Positions 37,573 through 51,160 of a DNA stretch of 64,000 bases are shown in pieces. Location of the stretch: positions 71,116,001 through 71,180,000 of the forward strand of contig NC_045697.1 of NCBI RefSeq assembly GCF_009834535.1, given 5' to 3'. The translations under genes were made by a program, and so were the position numbers. Positions within the stretch are counted from its first letter, which is position 1. Every line of letters begins with the position of its first letter. Source of the DNA: Camelus ferus. Its lineage: Eukaryota. Under the pieces are notes generated by a model. The model saw only the letters and a program-made list of their open reading frames with translations, made no database searches and had not been told where the DNA came from.

Positions 37573-37601
<29 letters not shown>
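37573..37601. repeat. Poly(T) tract (~29 nt)
   Basis: Uninterrupted T run with no attached retroelement body recognised. Confidence 0.9.
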
Positions 37602-38687
37602 GTCAAATGAAACAGCAAAGTAGCTACAATTTGGGACATATAAGTAAGTCCTTGACTGACTCCTACCACAAACCACCAAGGAAGTCTTTAAAGGCAAACA
37701 ACATACTAGACTAGGATCATGCCCCTACATCACTGACTATGGAAACATGGCAAAGATTGATTTCCAATGAACAGGATATGTTTTGCTTTCTTTTCTATTT
37801 GTTGATGCCACCAGAGAGTTCTTCTGTCTGATAGGGGAAAGGTCACTAGTCTGAGAACCAAAATCACGTGCACCCAATATTGGGATCTATATAAAAATTA
37901 TTGAAGTTGCTGTCAACTGGGCATTCACCAGTAGACATTCCAAGTCAGTAAAGCCTTGTAGCCAGGGTAATGCTCACCCTCGGTTCGGGCTGGCTACAGG
38001 GGCCCACAACTCAGAGTCAGGGGTCTCCTGCGATTTGGGCTAGAGGTCACTTTTAGATAACCACCAGGTGCCTCAGTAGCCGTAATTGATCTGTTATCAC
38101 TCTGGGGTAGACCTAGGTACCCAAGCTGAACTTTCTATTTTTCAGCTCTGAGCCAATGCAGTCACTACTCAAAGGATTCCTACTACTTGATAGGAAGTAT
38201 TCCAGAGTCATTGTCATGGTGATACCTTCCCTGAAAGGCAAAGCAGGACACCAGCTGCCCAGCCTCTTCCTGGAGCACTTTTGCAAATGCTGATGAGAGA
38301 GAACCATCAATTTAAAAGTGATTGTTTCAAACCTTTGTTTGGCTTTTAATTTTTTTTTTTTTTTTTTTTTGTTTCTTTCCTCAAACAAAATGACACCTGG
38401 AAATGCAAATAAGGAAAGGAAAAAAGAGCCTAAGCGGCTTGCGTTTTCTCTTTTCCCCTACTGGCTGTTGCGGTATGCTCACAAAATCCTGGGGCTCTCT
38501 GAGGCAAAACTAGAAAACTTCCAATTTAGACTGACTCCTGACCCCTCCTATAGTAAACAAGAGGAAACTGAAGTCCAGAGAGAGGATGAGTGAATCGTCC
38601 AAGGTCACAGGATTAGCCAGTAGCAAAACCAGCACAATGTTCAGATCTCAGGGTTTCCCTCCCAGCACTTCACCCTCCTGATTCATT

Positions 38688-39005
38688 CTGTCGACGTGGA
38701 GTGGACTGGCCACCCATGGTGGCTAAGCACTTGAAAAGTGGCTAGTCCAAACTCAGCTATGCTGCAAAGCTACAAGCTACAAGCTACAGTAGGCCCTGGA
38801 TTTAGAACATTTGATACAAGGGGAAAATGTAAAATATCTCATTAACATTTTTATATTGATTACATGCTGAAATAATAAGATTTAGGATAACTACTACAAC
38901 TAATTCTAACTATTCCTCTTTTCATTTTTTAATACCACTATTAGAATACGTAAAATTGCAAAATTGCACAAATGGCTTGTATTACCTTATTATTGGGCAG
39001 TGATG
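38688..39005 (-). mobile_element. MER33-like hAT element
   Basis: gcacttgaaaagtggctagtcc, aatgtaaaatatctcattaa..ttttatattgattacatg and the terminal tattgggcagtg. Contains an internal (aagctac)3 expansion. Confidence 0.7.
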
Positions 39006-39092
39006 CATCCTTCTCAACAAATAAATGAGGACAGGGTGAGTAGAAATTATATTTTTTCATCTCTCTTTTCTTCCAACTTTGTAAAACTTCAA

Positions 39093-39262
39093 ACTATCTC
39101 AAAACTGCTTGCACATTGGAATTGCTTTTAAAAATGAATGATGCCCAGGCTCAGTCTCTAGAGTTCCTGATTTAACTGGTCTCGGGCGGGGCCAGAGCAG
39201 TGGCATGTTTCTTTAAAGAAACCCAGGGTATACTAATGTGAAGTCCGGATTGAGATTCACTG
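39093..39262 (+). mobile_element. MER5-family MITE (MER5B-like)
   Basis: tgcacattggaat..ttttaaaaat..gatgcccaggc..ctgatttaactggtct...ggattgagattcactg. Confidence 0.6.
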
Positions 39263-40045
39263 ATCGGTCTATACCATAAGTAAAGACATACAAAATGCCA
39301 GGCAGTTTAATTCTGCCCCTCAAAACATGTTCCACAATGTCAATCCACTGCAGCAGATGCAATGTCTCTGCAAGTCCAGACACGTATGTTTCATCCCTCT
39401 CTGTAATCAGAATGTGCACAGGAACAACTCTTGTCCCATGTTTTGTGTGGCTGCTGTCGCCACAAGGGCTGTCTAAGGTGCTTATGTCCGCACGTTAAGA
39501 GAACAGCTTAAGGATATGAAATATCAGACAACTTAAGACACATCCTGGCCTGGCCCCCACAGACTGGCACTCCATCTATTCCCTCCTGGACATTTGTTTA
39601 TGTCACCAACTACTGTTCCAATCTGACCTTATCAATCAGTCAGTCAGTCATCAAGCACCCATGAAGAACCGACTGTGCACTGTGTTCACACTAGGCAGTG
39701 ACAAGGGCTGGCGAGAAGTGAGCGAAAGGAAACAAGCACAGGCAGCCCAGGCTCTGACGAGCTGACCATGTGGTATAACTATTAACGTTTTTGCTTAAGA
39801 CAGATGGAAAAGCGTTAAACTGAAAAACCTAAGAACAAACTTTAAAGAGAATGAGAGACAACGTAAACAGTAAGAAAAAAAGGTTTTATCTATCTTTATC
39901 TGTTTTAAGGTTATGCGGGGGTTCCTAGAAACTCTTAGATGCAGTCACACGTTTCTTTTGTCTAAAGTCTATAAAAACACCTAATTTTTTTTTTGATCAC
40001 TGAAAGGTAAACCATTGTAGTTTTGTGCCTTTTTAAGAATTTTAC

Positions 40046-40238
40046 TTTTTATTGAAGTGTTGATTTACAATGTTAGTTTCAGGTGTACAGCAGAGCGATT
40101 CAGTTATACATATATCCATATTTTAAGAATCTTTTCCATTGTAGCTTATTATAAGAAACTGAATATGATTCCCTGTGCAACAGAGTAGATCCTTGCTATT
40201 TATCCTATTTTATATATGGTAGTATCTGTGAATCCCAA
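40046..40238 (-). mobile_element. LINE-1 extreme 3' end fragment
   Basis: tttttattgaagtgttgatttacaatgttagtttcaggtgtacagcagagcgattcagttatacat...ttccctgtgc is the reverse complement of an L1 3' UTR terminus with AATAAA. Confidence 0.8.
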
Positions 40239-43200
40239 GTGACTCTGGAAGATGAGGCTCTGTCTTGAAGATAAGTAATGAACACCAGAGTATGTGAGCT
40301 ACAAGGTACAGTATTCCAGCTACAATATACAAAACTAGTTCTCTCATCAGTAATTAGAATATGTGGAATCTGATCCTACTTCTGATGAGAGTGACACAAT
40401 ACACAAAAGGAAATACTAGTGACTGTCCACTAAATTTTCTTCAAGCTCTAATATCAAGCAATTAGGTGTGACATATTCTTCGGGATTTAAAAAAAAATTA
40501 TCAGTATGACGATACATGCTTATCCATGCACATAATGTCTATGTGCAGATATACAAAACATGTTGTGTGAGAAAGATTGCTTAACAATTAACCACAGCTA
40601 AGCCTCTAAGAAAAACTGTAGAAAGGTATTTATTAGGGTTCTGCTTACACTCCTCCTGTGGATTCTCATCACTGGTTTGTTTAAAAGACTCTGGCTTTCA
40701 TTATAGACATGAATGCCTGTCAAATTAAAATACGCTTGCCTGTCTCAAGTGCGGTTGAATATTAACCTTATAAACAGAAACATCCGGACCCACTTAAGCT
40801 AAAAAAATTCTTCACGGTAGGTCTATAAATAAAACTTCAATTTATTAATTTACTGGTGGTGTTTTTTTCTACTGCTATGATGATCTCTTAGCAGAGATCT
40901 CTTTACTCTTCCCCCGAATACTACCACACAGATCCTGAGCCTTAAAATGTATTCAGTTACTAGACACAGTATGTGTACTGATCATTTCACCAGCAAACTG
41001 AATACCTCGTTTAGTTCTCCTGAATGTTACATGCAAATATAGCACAATGGTATTTTATGTAACATCCCCAAAGTGCTAATAAAAGGGCACTGTGGTACTC
41101 AAAACATTTATTAAAATAAGCAATTTCCCCCTCTCTGGCTTACAAAACATATATTATACACTACTTTTTGAACCTAAATCTGAAATGTGAAATTCTTTAA
41201 TAAAGAATAAAGACACTAGTTAACTAAAAGAATTAGTGTTCCCAACTACAAGGGATTAATAATTAGTGGAAATGAGTACCTTAACAGTACAGTCAGAGCT
41301 TCTTTTCATTGTCTGAATTTCAAAATAATTTTCCTTTAAATATGCTTATTACTATAAAGCTACTCGCCATCCTTTCCATGTACAGCTTTTCTTATTTTCT
41401 GGCCACTGTGCATTCTTGACTCTAAGGACCCAAGGACATAGTCCACAATCCCCTCTGCATAAGGTCTTGGATTGTTCTACCACAAAACTCCTTTGAAATT
41501 TTGGTATTTTGGTTAGTTCATTTAATTACTAGAAAAATTGCAAGTGGCTTACATAATGAATTATGTAATAATGATTCAACATGAAAGATTATTTTTAAAA
41601 AGTTTAGCTTTAAGAGTTTCAAAATATTTCAGCATTACTGAAAAGCTTAAATAAAATCAGATGTTTTAGTTAAAATAAAAAGTTAACATGCACAAGTCCT
41701 GTGATTAACAGGGAGGGGTCAGGCCAGTCACAAATTATTCTATGTAAGTATGTGATAAAAGCAAAATTACACTTACTGGTTTAGATACATGATACTGAAT
41801 GTTCAGATTAAACTAAGAATTTAAATGAACTATTACATGTTTTTATTTAAATATTTAAGTTAAATTATATACTTAAATTTTTTAATATGTAATCAAAGAT
41901 GCATTTTTTATAAGGGTCTACTCCACTGTTGTTTTTAATTTAAAAATATAATCAGTCATACCAGTTACACCAGTAGGTGCCCCAGCTATACTGCATCTCA
42001 GGACTAGATGAAGTGATTACAACAGTATTTTCAGCAAATGATATTTGTAGTAATCTCTGGAATGGTAAACTTAGAGTAGTGCATAAAATTCTACTCACTG
42101 GGATAAATTTCAGTAGAGGGTTTTTTATTTATTTTTTTTTTGCCTTGAATATTTTCTTTTTCTCTGAGACAAATGTCACAGGAGGAGATAAAAAAAATCA
42201 AGAAACAAACAAGACATTTACAGGCAAGTTGAATTCATTTCCCAAGTGAGTAGGTCCCTGTGAACCCAATAATTACCCTTTAGAAATGAAGAGTATCCAG
42301 GGATCCTAAAACTTTATTTAACCCAAGACACACTTTACCACTCAGAAATCTTCAACGCCATGGCCTAATACACGAAATACAGCTAAGATTTTGCCTCTAT
42401 TGGAATTGAAGTATTTGATTAGAAATTCTTTAATAAACATAAACTTTGGAAATCTGTGCATTAAAAATAGCAAACCTGCAAAATATGATGTGTGCCTTCT
42501 TTGTCTTTAATCCTAAACTTACAAGTTGATATGAAAAACTCAACCCATGCCCACACACAAGTCAACTCTTTTCCTTTCAAGTTCGTCATCCGGCTGTAGA
42601 TGCCCACACATTTTCTGTGCCCACGTGCCTACCCACGGTCCCCATCCCCTGTGGTTCAAACACCTACAGGCATCAGAACAATTTTTTTTTAAATGAATAG
42701 ACTTTCTTTTCTTTGAAAGATCTTGATGAAATGGCAAATCTATGCCCCAAATGATATCAAATAATGTAAATCCTACGTGGCAATTTAAGGATATCACCAC
42801 GTTACCACTCTTCCACATAAAGAGTGATCGTTTGGAAAAAAAAAACAATGAATTTGGCATATAGCCACAGTGTGCCACAGTGAGCAAAGATTGAAATATT
42901 TTGCCTCAGTGTCAGCCTCCAGAGAGCCAAGGAAAGGAGTTAAATCCCTAGGTTTGCATTTAATTCCTCCCTGTCCTAGCTCTGTACGCCCTACTCCCCC
43001 TGGGCCCAACAGTGAAGCATCAGGTCCTCTGGGCCTTTCCGTGTTCCAGAAATGCTCTCCTCCACTCCCTCTGGTCTGCAATTTCTAAGAACCACCCACT
43101 CATATGAATAATACAGAAGCATACAGGAGGCCCCAATTCTCAGCACCTCAAATGTGTGCTCCTCAAATCATAATCTTCACACGTCTATTTAAAAATTGGA

Positions 43201-43729
43201 ATGCTTTAATGAATACCACCCACAACTGTATCTTCTCAAACTTCATCTTCATGTTTCATTTATTCTTAATACGTCCTTGTCAATTTTGATTCTAAATCAA
43301 ATATGCATTTCTTAATCTATCAAATGGAAAATGTCTGATTTCATAATAAACCTGCGACAGACTGCATACCCTTCCTCAATAAGGAACCGCTCTTAAAGAT
43401 TTTTCCACTCCTAAACAGCACATATTTTGTGCATTAAAAAAATCTTGAATAACTGAGGAAATAAATTGCTAGAATTATAATGCTACTTGTAAATTTACAG
43501 GTAGCACCAAATCTCACTCTTCACATGAGTCAATCAATCATCACTACTCAAAAATATCAAAATAATTAAGTAGAAATATTAACAATCAAGTTCCATTGCG
43601 AGTTTAGTCCAGTACCCTGTCGTCTGATAGATATTCAATCAATGTTTCTGAATGAATGCAAAAATAAATGGACTTTGTCTCTCCTTGTTCACTCAGAATT
43701 TGCATAAAATTTCTGTGGTACTAGAAGTA

Positions 43730-43856
43730 AGATGGTCCCTGAGTTGCGATGGTTCAACTTACAAGTTTTCAATTTACCATGATATGAAAGCAAATGCATT
43801 CAGTAGAAACTGTACTTTGAATTTTGAATTTTGATCTTTTCCTTGGCTAGTGATAC
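43730..43856 (+). mobile_element. TcMar-Tigger left end (Tigger3-like)
   Basis: TA followed by agatggtccctgagttgcgatggttcaacttac...gcattcagtagaaactgtactttgaattttgaattttgatctttt. Confidence 0.7.
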
Positions 43857-45405
43857 AAAATAACTCAAAACTTCATGTAATAAATATATCTTTAAAAGTA
43901 CTCATTTCAGGAAAGAGACCATGGATGCCAGATGGTGGGGTGGGAACTACAGAACCACATTCCTAAGGTGAAACGGACAGACACGGTCAAAAGTGAGCAA
44001 CAGATAGAAAACAGAAAAAGGAAGAGGAGACAATTACGACAAATCATTTGAAATACTGAATGTTTTAATCTCTGATGTGATTACAGGATCATATATAAAA
44101 TTTATCTGTGATATAAAATTGACCGAATAACAATAAAAACAATACCATATCGGTACAATAGTACCTTGGTGCTTTTAGGCTCATAAAGCACTATCCCCTC
44201 AAATTTCAGAAAGCAGTTCAAATGTTTCCTTTAAAAAGAACACTTTCGAGCTTGTAAGAATGCTATGAATGTATCTTTTGAAGTATGCATCAGCAAAAAG
44301 CCTTTGTTTTAAACTTGAGACATCTGAGACTTCGTAGACTAACACTTTCTCAGCATCCCTGAGGGTCAGAAGCAGTTCAGGAGGAGAAAGGCTTCCTTCC
44401 CTCTCTAGTTAGTCCCTGCTAGACAAACTATCACTGCCAATCAGAAGGAATTCAACTCTTCCTTGTAGACACAAATGAAATATTTATTGTGAAATGTTGC
44501 TGTCAAGAATAGCTAAAAACTTGGTTATCTAACTCATTCTAAGCACATACAGAATGACAAACAAAGCAACATAATTCCCATGGTACATGACTTTGGGTTA
44601 TGAGTCCCCCCAAACCCCCCCAAAGCTTCAATTTCATAAGTTTTTCACTATCCAAGTGAATGGGCATGATGGTGAATCATTTAGGCAGCCCTGTAAGTAC
44701 TTTTGTTAAAGTTACATGTGCAGAATTCACAATCGGCAGGCTAGAAACAGTATTTTTATTTCTACATCATTTAAAAATCATTCTTTGCCTTAAATCCCCA
44801 CTCAAGAAATAATCATGATTAAATGTCTAAGTACTAACAGATCAATACGAATGTAAGATACAAGACACGTCCAGCAAAAAGCAGTTACACAACACATACA
44901 CACACAGACACACACAAATCAAACAGCGTTAACAGTGTATTTTATCTAACAATGGAGTTGTGTGCGTATTTCTTAAGTCCCCTGATACATAATAATGCTC
45001 CGCTTACTCAGAGCTCTGGTTCCCATCATCTTCACCAACCACAGTGCAAAGACACACCCAGAGGTAATCAAACGCTGAGCTGGGATGAGAATACCCACCA
45101 CAAAATCTGGGCCTGTTACTCCATAGGAAAGGAATGGAGGCATTCTCAGAACACTAAGTAGAAAAGGAGGTGGCCAGGCATAACTGAGCATTTGTGTGTA
45201 GAGTTCCATATTTCAGAAGAGCCCTAGAGGCTATCAGGGCATATCCAGGGTGTTCATAATGGTATACATTCCATATTTCATAAGTATCTTATTCCAGATT
45301 ACCAGGCAATACGTTGTTATAAGCAGGAAAAGGTGTAATACAATTTTGATACACTTTCATTAAATAGAATTTTAAATAATTTAGTGCTTAAAGGAGATAT
45401 GTCTT

Positions 45406-45538
45406 GGGGGGAGGGTATAGCTCAGTGGTGGAGTGCATGCCTAGTATGCATGAGGTCCTGGGTCCAATCCCCAGTACTACCACAAAAAATAATTAAATAA
45501 ACCTAATCACCCCCTAAAATTAAAAAAAAACAAAAAAC
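45406..45538 (+). mobile_element. tRNA-derived camelid-type SINE (Vic-1-like)
   Basis: ggggagggtatagctcagtggtggagtgcatgcctagtatgcatgaggtcctgggtccaatccccagtac...taaacctaatcaccccc plus an A tail. Flanked by the repeat atatgtct (45397-45404 / 45539-45546). Confidence 0.88.
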
Positions 45539-45823
45539 ATATGTCTCAGTTATGTGATAATTTCACCTCCAGTGAAATGTCTCCTCCCTGATCATAGCAC
45601 ATACATAAAAGTTTATATATAGTCAATTATTTTTAGGAATATATTTCAAATCAGTAAAAGATCCTCATTCCCAAAAATGTGCATTCAGTTATTCATAATG
45701 AAACTCAAAATAATCTTTGATTTGCTAAAATTCTATATATCAGATATATTTTTAAAATGATATGTAGGTACACACATTAAGTACTGAAGAAAGAAAGATG
45801 TCATAAAGATTTATACATTACAT

Positions 45824-45991
45824 GGGGGAGGGTACTTTTATAGTTTTATTTTATACATTACATGAGGGAGGGCTCAGTGGTAGAGTGCGTGCTTAGCATG
45901 CACGAGGGCCTGGGTTCAATCCCCAGTAGCTCCATTAGAAATAAATAAATATACCTAATTACCTCCCCCCACAAAAAAACACACAAAAAAG
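45824..45991 (+). mobile_element. tRNA-derived camelid-type SINE (Vic-1-like) with a rearranged 5' end
   Basis: gctcagtggtagagtgcgtgcttagcatgcacgagggcctgggttcaatccccagtagctcc...acctaattacctcccccc plus an A tail. TSD aaagat(a)ttatacattacat at 45805-45823 and 45992-46011. Confidence 0.88.
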
Positions 45992-47039
45992 AAAGATATT
46001 ATACATTACATAAGTGCAAACTCACTAAAAGCAACTTTCCTTTATAAGCCTAAAGTCCAAGAAAATATAGAAACCTCTGAAGTTGTTTTTCTGATAATGT
46101 TCTTCTTCAGAACTAACTGGTTAATAATATCATGATTTTTGAGAATATTTACATTTGTATAAATAAATAATTCTACAATTAAATAATTTACACTTTTGTG
46201 ATGGAGGCTTTAACAGCTAAAGTGTAGTAAAAGTTCAGGGAAAATTAAAGGAAAAGGAGAAAGAAAGAAAACAATTCCTTTTTCATCATTTCAGGAAGAT
46301 AACTTTGAATTCAGTTCACCAAACTGCCAAGTTAGATTGTATTTAAAAAAAAAATAATCCTAAAGAGCATGTGAATTTTACTAGAGCAATTTGCCATAGG
46401 TATTGGCAATGCTTACACCCCACATAGCCAACAGGGACCCAATTATTACTCTCACACCAAGTGATAAACAAAACAAATGATAATCAGTCACCCAGCCTCT
46501 TCTGAACTCCCTTACCTCTAAGGCTCTAATTACCCTTAGGGTTTCCATGCTCAAGAGACAAAAAAGGGTGTCCTAGAAGCAAAGACAGAATCTTCGATCT
46601 AATTCTCCACAACAGGCCTTTTCAGTTGCCTTTTGGAAAAAGGAGTGATTTTTCTTTTAATGCAAATAATGTTCCCATTCCAGATATAGCTATCCAAGTA
46701 AGAAACTACTCATGAATTAACACAGCATGACGCAGATCGTGGTAGAGAATACCTACTGGCCACAGGTCTACTATCACTTTTGTACTCAAGCAACAAAGTA
46801 AGAAAATTACAGGAAATTTCACTGCAATTTTTATTTACATACATTCATACAGCAGGGACACGATGTTGATTACAGCTGATCATGAACTTCGCCAAAACTA
46901 TAATTTTGTAAACGTTAGTAACCAAAAAACATGTATCTAAGGAAAGTGAAATATTAAAAAATATGATTACTGAAAGAAAACATAGAACACAAGAAAAACA
47001 CAAAGTAAAGGAAAACTGCAGACTTCTATGAAAATACAC

Positions 47040-47212
47040 GATTCTTACAAGGGAGGAAAACCAAGGTGGGTAAAGCATCAAAGAAATTAAAAGGTTTGTG
47101 AAACTGTTGAAATTCCATGGCAACGTTGTATGTTGCACACATTTCTGGAGAAAAAGGCCACAATTTAATAGATTCTCAAAAGGATTCCTGACCCAGAGAG
47201 GCTACAATTCCC
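47040..47212. mobile_element. Old hAT-Charlie relic (MER103-like)
   Basis: tttctggagaaaaaggccac..agattctcaaaaggattcctgaccca resembles a recalled Charlie-type end. Confidence 0.4.
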
Positions 47213-47439
47213 TCTAACATGGCTTCCTGACCGTTGCTATGGCAACCATGCTAGTCTAATTCCTCAATTATGCTCTTATCTAGATTATTAAGATAATGAT
47301 CAGAATATTTCTTTAAGTCTCCAGTTATCTCACCTCAATTTATCTTACCCCCAAACCCTACGGTCTAGCCATACCCTATTACATGATACATACTTTGAGT
47401 ATTCCATGTAATTTTATAGCTTTCTTCAAGCCTTTCAGA

Positions 47440-47648
47440 GACAGTAAGGCAAAGGGGCTAAAAGTACAAACTTAGAAGCCAAACTGCCTGGGTTTACATC
47501 TCAGCTTCACCAACTGTATGATCTTGGGCAAGTTAGTTACCTTCTCTATGTTATAGTTTCTGGATCTGTAAATTGAAGATTAAATAAACTAGTACTTGTA
47601 AAGTGCCTGGAACATTCCTGGCATAGCAGACACTTCATAAGTGCTTAT
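47440..47648 (+). mobile_element. MIR SINE
   Basis: agccaaactgcctgggttt..tgatcttgggcaagttagttacc..tgtaaagtgcctggaaca. Confidence 0.7.
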
Positions 47649-47969
47649 TATACGTAACAAATGCCTTGCTTACCTCCTTAAGCAGGGCAAACTCCTAATC
47701 ACCCCTATGCAATGTCACAAGTTCTGAAAAGCCTGCTTTCTACCTAAACCTCCATATCCTTGAGACTTGAACACGTAATAAGATGTCCTTCATTTGCCAA
47801 AACCTTTGTTTTTATTTTGTTTTGTGTTTATCTTTTTGCCCTCAAAACAGAAAATACTTGCTGCTTATATTAATTTTCATATTTTTGTATTCATAAGACA
47901 AATCACAAATCATTAAAAGAGCTTCATGCTAAATTCAATAAATGTGTACAAATCTGAAGTTAGACCTTA

Positions 47970-48370
47970 AATATCATTACTTTCACCCCCTAATTTTCTA
48001 GTTGAAGAAACTGAGAATTAAAGAGAATAAATAAATGATAATGATAAAGTAATCACTATCAAATAGCACTTCCTATATCCTAGACACCGTTCTAAATACT
48101 TTACACTGCGTGTGTTAACTCACTGAATCTTCATAGAAATCCTACGGTATGAATACTACTAACCTAGTTTTCATATGCAAGGGCTCAAGGCACAAAGAAA
48201 TTAAGTGACTTCACCAAGTTCACATGAGACACCAGGGCTCACACCAGGCCGCTTGGCTGTAGAGTTGTGCTGTTGATCCCTGCTACAGCGCCTCTGTAGG
48301 TAAGTGGTGACTCATCCAGTGAGCCCGAAGTCACCCTCGGTTCTCTGGATTCCCGGAGCCATGCTCTTTT
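47970..48370 (-). mobile_element. Nested or tandem MIR SINEs
   Basis: Two antisense cores: gaagaaactgag at ~48004 and aggcacaaagaaattaagtgacttcaccaagttcaca at ~48188. Confidence 0.6.
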
Positions 48371-48416
48371 CTTTTGAGTTCATTATCCCCTACCCAAAAT
48401 GGACATAGCAAGCATT

Positions 48417-48444
48417 CAAAAACAAAACAAAACAAAACAAAACA
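48417..48444. repeat. (CAAAA)n simple repeat
   Basis: caaaaacaaaacaaaacaaaacaaaaca. Confidence 0.85.
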
Positions 48445-49532
48445 CTTCTTCAATGATTTATTTACTAATATACGATCTGCATCTCATCACACAATTTTCT
48501 AAATGCAATAATACTCATCCTGAATGTGCAGTTTGCTCCTTGAACATCTTAATTTGGCTTTTCTGTCTTATCTAATTGTTCCCAGCTTGAAAGAGACCAA
48601 AATATTACAAGGAATAACTGATTCAGTGTTCAGCTTGTGAAAGGTACAGGGTCTTTGCTGTCATTTGGTTTCTGACAGGTTGGTCAAAAGGCAAAAGGAG
48701 CCTCCAGTGTTTCCACATATGAGCACTGAGCTTGGGATCTATCCAAAGCCCAAAGGTTTCCGTCAGTGACTGCTGGCTGCCTCTCAGGCCAGCCTGTGTC
48801 TTTTGTTTACGGTGTGCCTCCCCACCCTGTACTCCTTGAGAAGATCAGTTACTGTAGCTGCCACTGACAATTTTCAGCAATATGGAGCAGCATGTGTGCT
48901 CTAAGTGCCACCACGTGCAGTGGTGAGGAGTTCTGAAGTACCTAATCGCCCATCTTCACATTCTGGCTTTAAAGGCTATGTGTCCTGAAGACATCCTTGA
49001 GAAATCACAGTTTCCTCACCTATAAAATGGAGATACTTTAGTAACTCAAGAGGCTGTTGAAAGGATCAAAGGAGCCCACACTTGCAAAAGTGCTTAGTGC
49101 AATACTTGATGTGAAGTATGAACTCAAATTTAAGCATCTTTCCTTTATTATCTGTTGGTGTCGTGCTTCAGTGATTTCTTTTGTGCCACATCTATTGTGC
49201 CACAGCATCTCTTTTGTTTTGTGTGCCAGCATTTTGCTGTATCACCTGGAAACTCTCATTTACACTTGGCTTATTTATCCCCCCAAAAAACCCAAGTACT
49301 GTATGTTTCTATTGTATACGTGGTCTGACAGAAAGAAACTTACCTTGCCAATTGACATTAAATACGGCCCCAAGAGGGCTGTCTAATCAAGAACTGTATT
49401 TGTCATCATGGGCATATATGAAATTCTTTACTTGAGTATAACGTGACCTCAGTGGAAGGTTTCAGAGGAGCAATTCCTATAGAAGCCCAGAGACGACTGG
49501 GCCTTCCAAGAACGTCAGATTTTACATACACA

Positions 49533-49740
49533 GCAGTATTTCCTAGTGACAGTTCTGGGCTAATAGATGTTTTATAAAATAAAGCGTTTCTGGGGGAGGA
49601 AAAAAGCCCTGGAACATCTGTTACACATGGTTAAATGGGCTTATTTGCGGCAAGTTTTCTTACAGATTCGAATATGCTACTGTGTCTGGTGATTATCTAG
49701 GAAGGAGATCAGTTATGCCTTAACTCCCAATTATTTTCCT
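49533..49740. mobile_element. Old hAT-Charlie relic (MER112-like)
   Basis: cagtatttcc start and cagattcgaatatgcta.tgtg..tggtgattatct. Confidence 0.35.
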
Positions 49741-50904
49741 GTAAAACTGTCTTCTTGACATATATGTTTTGTCAAAGCCAACTATAAACAAATAATCAAT
49801 TCAACTATTTTGACAAAGTGAGGCAGTCAATTCATACAAACGTGAATATTCAATAATAGAGGATATCAGTAAAACTGGCCAGAAATTATAATTAAAATTA
49901 TAAACATGTTAGTGTAAGCTGAAGTCATACTGTATTTGTCTTACAATTTAAAAAAAAATAGTATAAATTCTGCTTATTTCTGATTTCTACTTACTTACAT
50001 ATGTACTTACTGGACAGTGTATGACACGCAATAAAAGTTAACATCTTTTAGTCCATAGTGTACACAGTGCTTACTTAATGGTACATGACAACAACCATAT
50101 AATATTGGTTTAAGTCAAATATGATTTGAAGCTACTAAATGCTATTAGGTATCTTTAAATCAATAATAGATAAATTCCTAATATTTTATCTCATCTCAAA
50201 ACTGATCTAGCTGTCTTAATTTGGCTGCCCTAACTAGGCAGGGAGAAATGTCATCATTTGGAACAAGGAATTATTTTATATAAGATTTTCAATTTCAAAA
50301 AATTATCAAACATTAAAACAATGCCTATACATTCTTCACATTTGGAAACACTTTCATAGATGTAGCTAGCATTCAATTTTCATAATAACCCTATGTGATA
50401 GGTATCACAGTGTTCTTCATTTTATGGATCAAGAGAATAAGAAAAATGGTTTAAAGATAACACAGCTAGGATGTGGGACCAAAACATAATCCTGGAGTCT
50501 TGACTCCAAATCCTGTGCCCTCTGCACTAAAGCTCACAACATTAATCCAAAAATGCCTACAAATTGTTGGTTGTCAAAGGCAGTTGTTATTTCTCTCTAA
50601 AAAGCTAATTAAGGAAGAAGGAAACCAAAGAATTCCAACCAAAGGAAAGAAAACCTTTGGGGTTTTTTTTTGACATTAATGAGACAGCCGCAGGCATCTC
50701 CCCTGTCTTCCTTCCACTTTCAAACCCAGTGTTGGGCATTCTAGATCCACGATCTGGGGGCCAAACAACCTTTCAACATTCCAGTCAGACATAACAAAGA
50801 CTATCAGTCATTTAAGTGTTTACTCAAGTTAATTACAATGGATTTTACTCTCAAATAAAAATGTGTTCCTTCTTATTTTAGGGGCTTCTATTAAAGAAGT
50901 TTCG

Positions 50905-51160
50905 GTAATACAGTTGTGCTTGCCTCAAGGCTCTGGACCCCCACTCTCTGAATTCAGACCATTTTCTGCTACTTAATAGGTCTAGGTCTTTGGGTGATTT
51001 ATTTGATTTCACTGTGCCTGAGTTTCCTCACCTGCAAAATGCAGGTCATACTGGCACCTATCACACAAGGCTATTTATTGTGAGGATCCCATAATATATG
51101 TAAAAACGTAGGGCAATGCCTGATAGGTACTAAGCGCTCAATAAGTGCTTACTACCTTTA
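50905..51160 (+). mobile_element. MIR SINE
   Basis: ctgtgcctgagtttcctcacctgcaaaatg..tgtgaggat..taagcgctcaataagtg. Confidence 0.75.

Noticed and set aside
45406..45480. tRNA-Ala-like genes (also at 11783 and 45870)
   Set aside because: They are SINE heads: the cloverleaf is degenerate, they share a non-tRNA tail, and they have A tails and TSDs.
49338..49480. Consensus minus-strand donor AAG|GTAAGT with a possible 133-nt cryptic exon
   Set aside because: The upstream acceptor is mediocre and the length is frame-shifting. Isolated strong donors are common in long introns.
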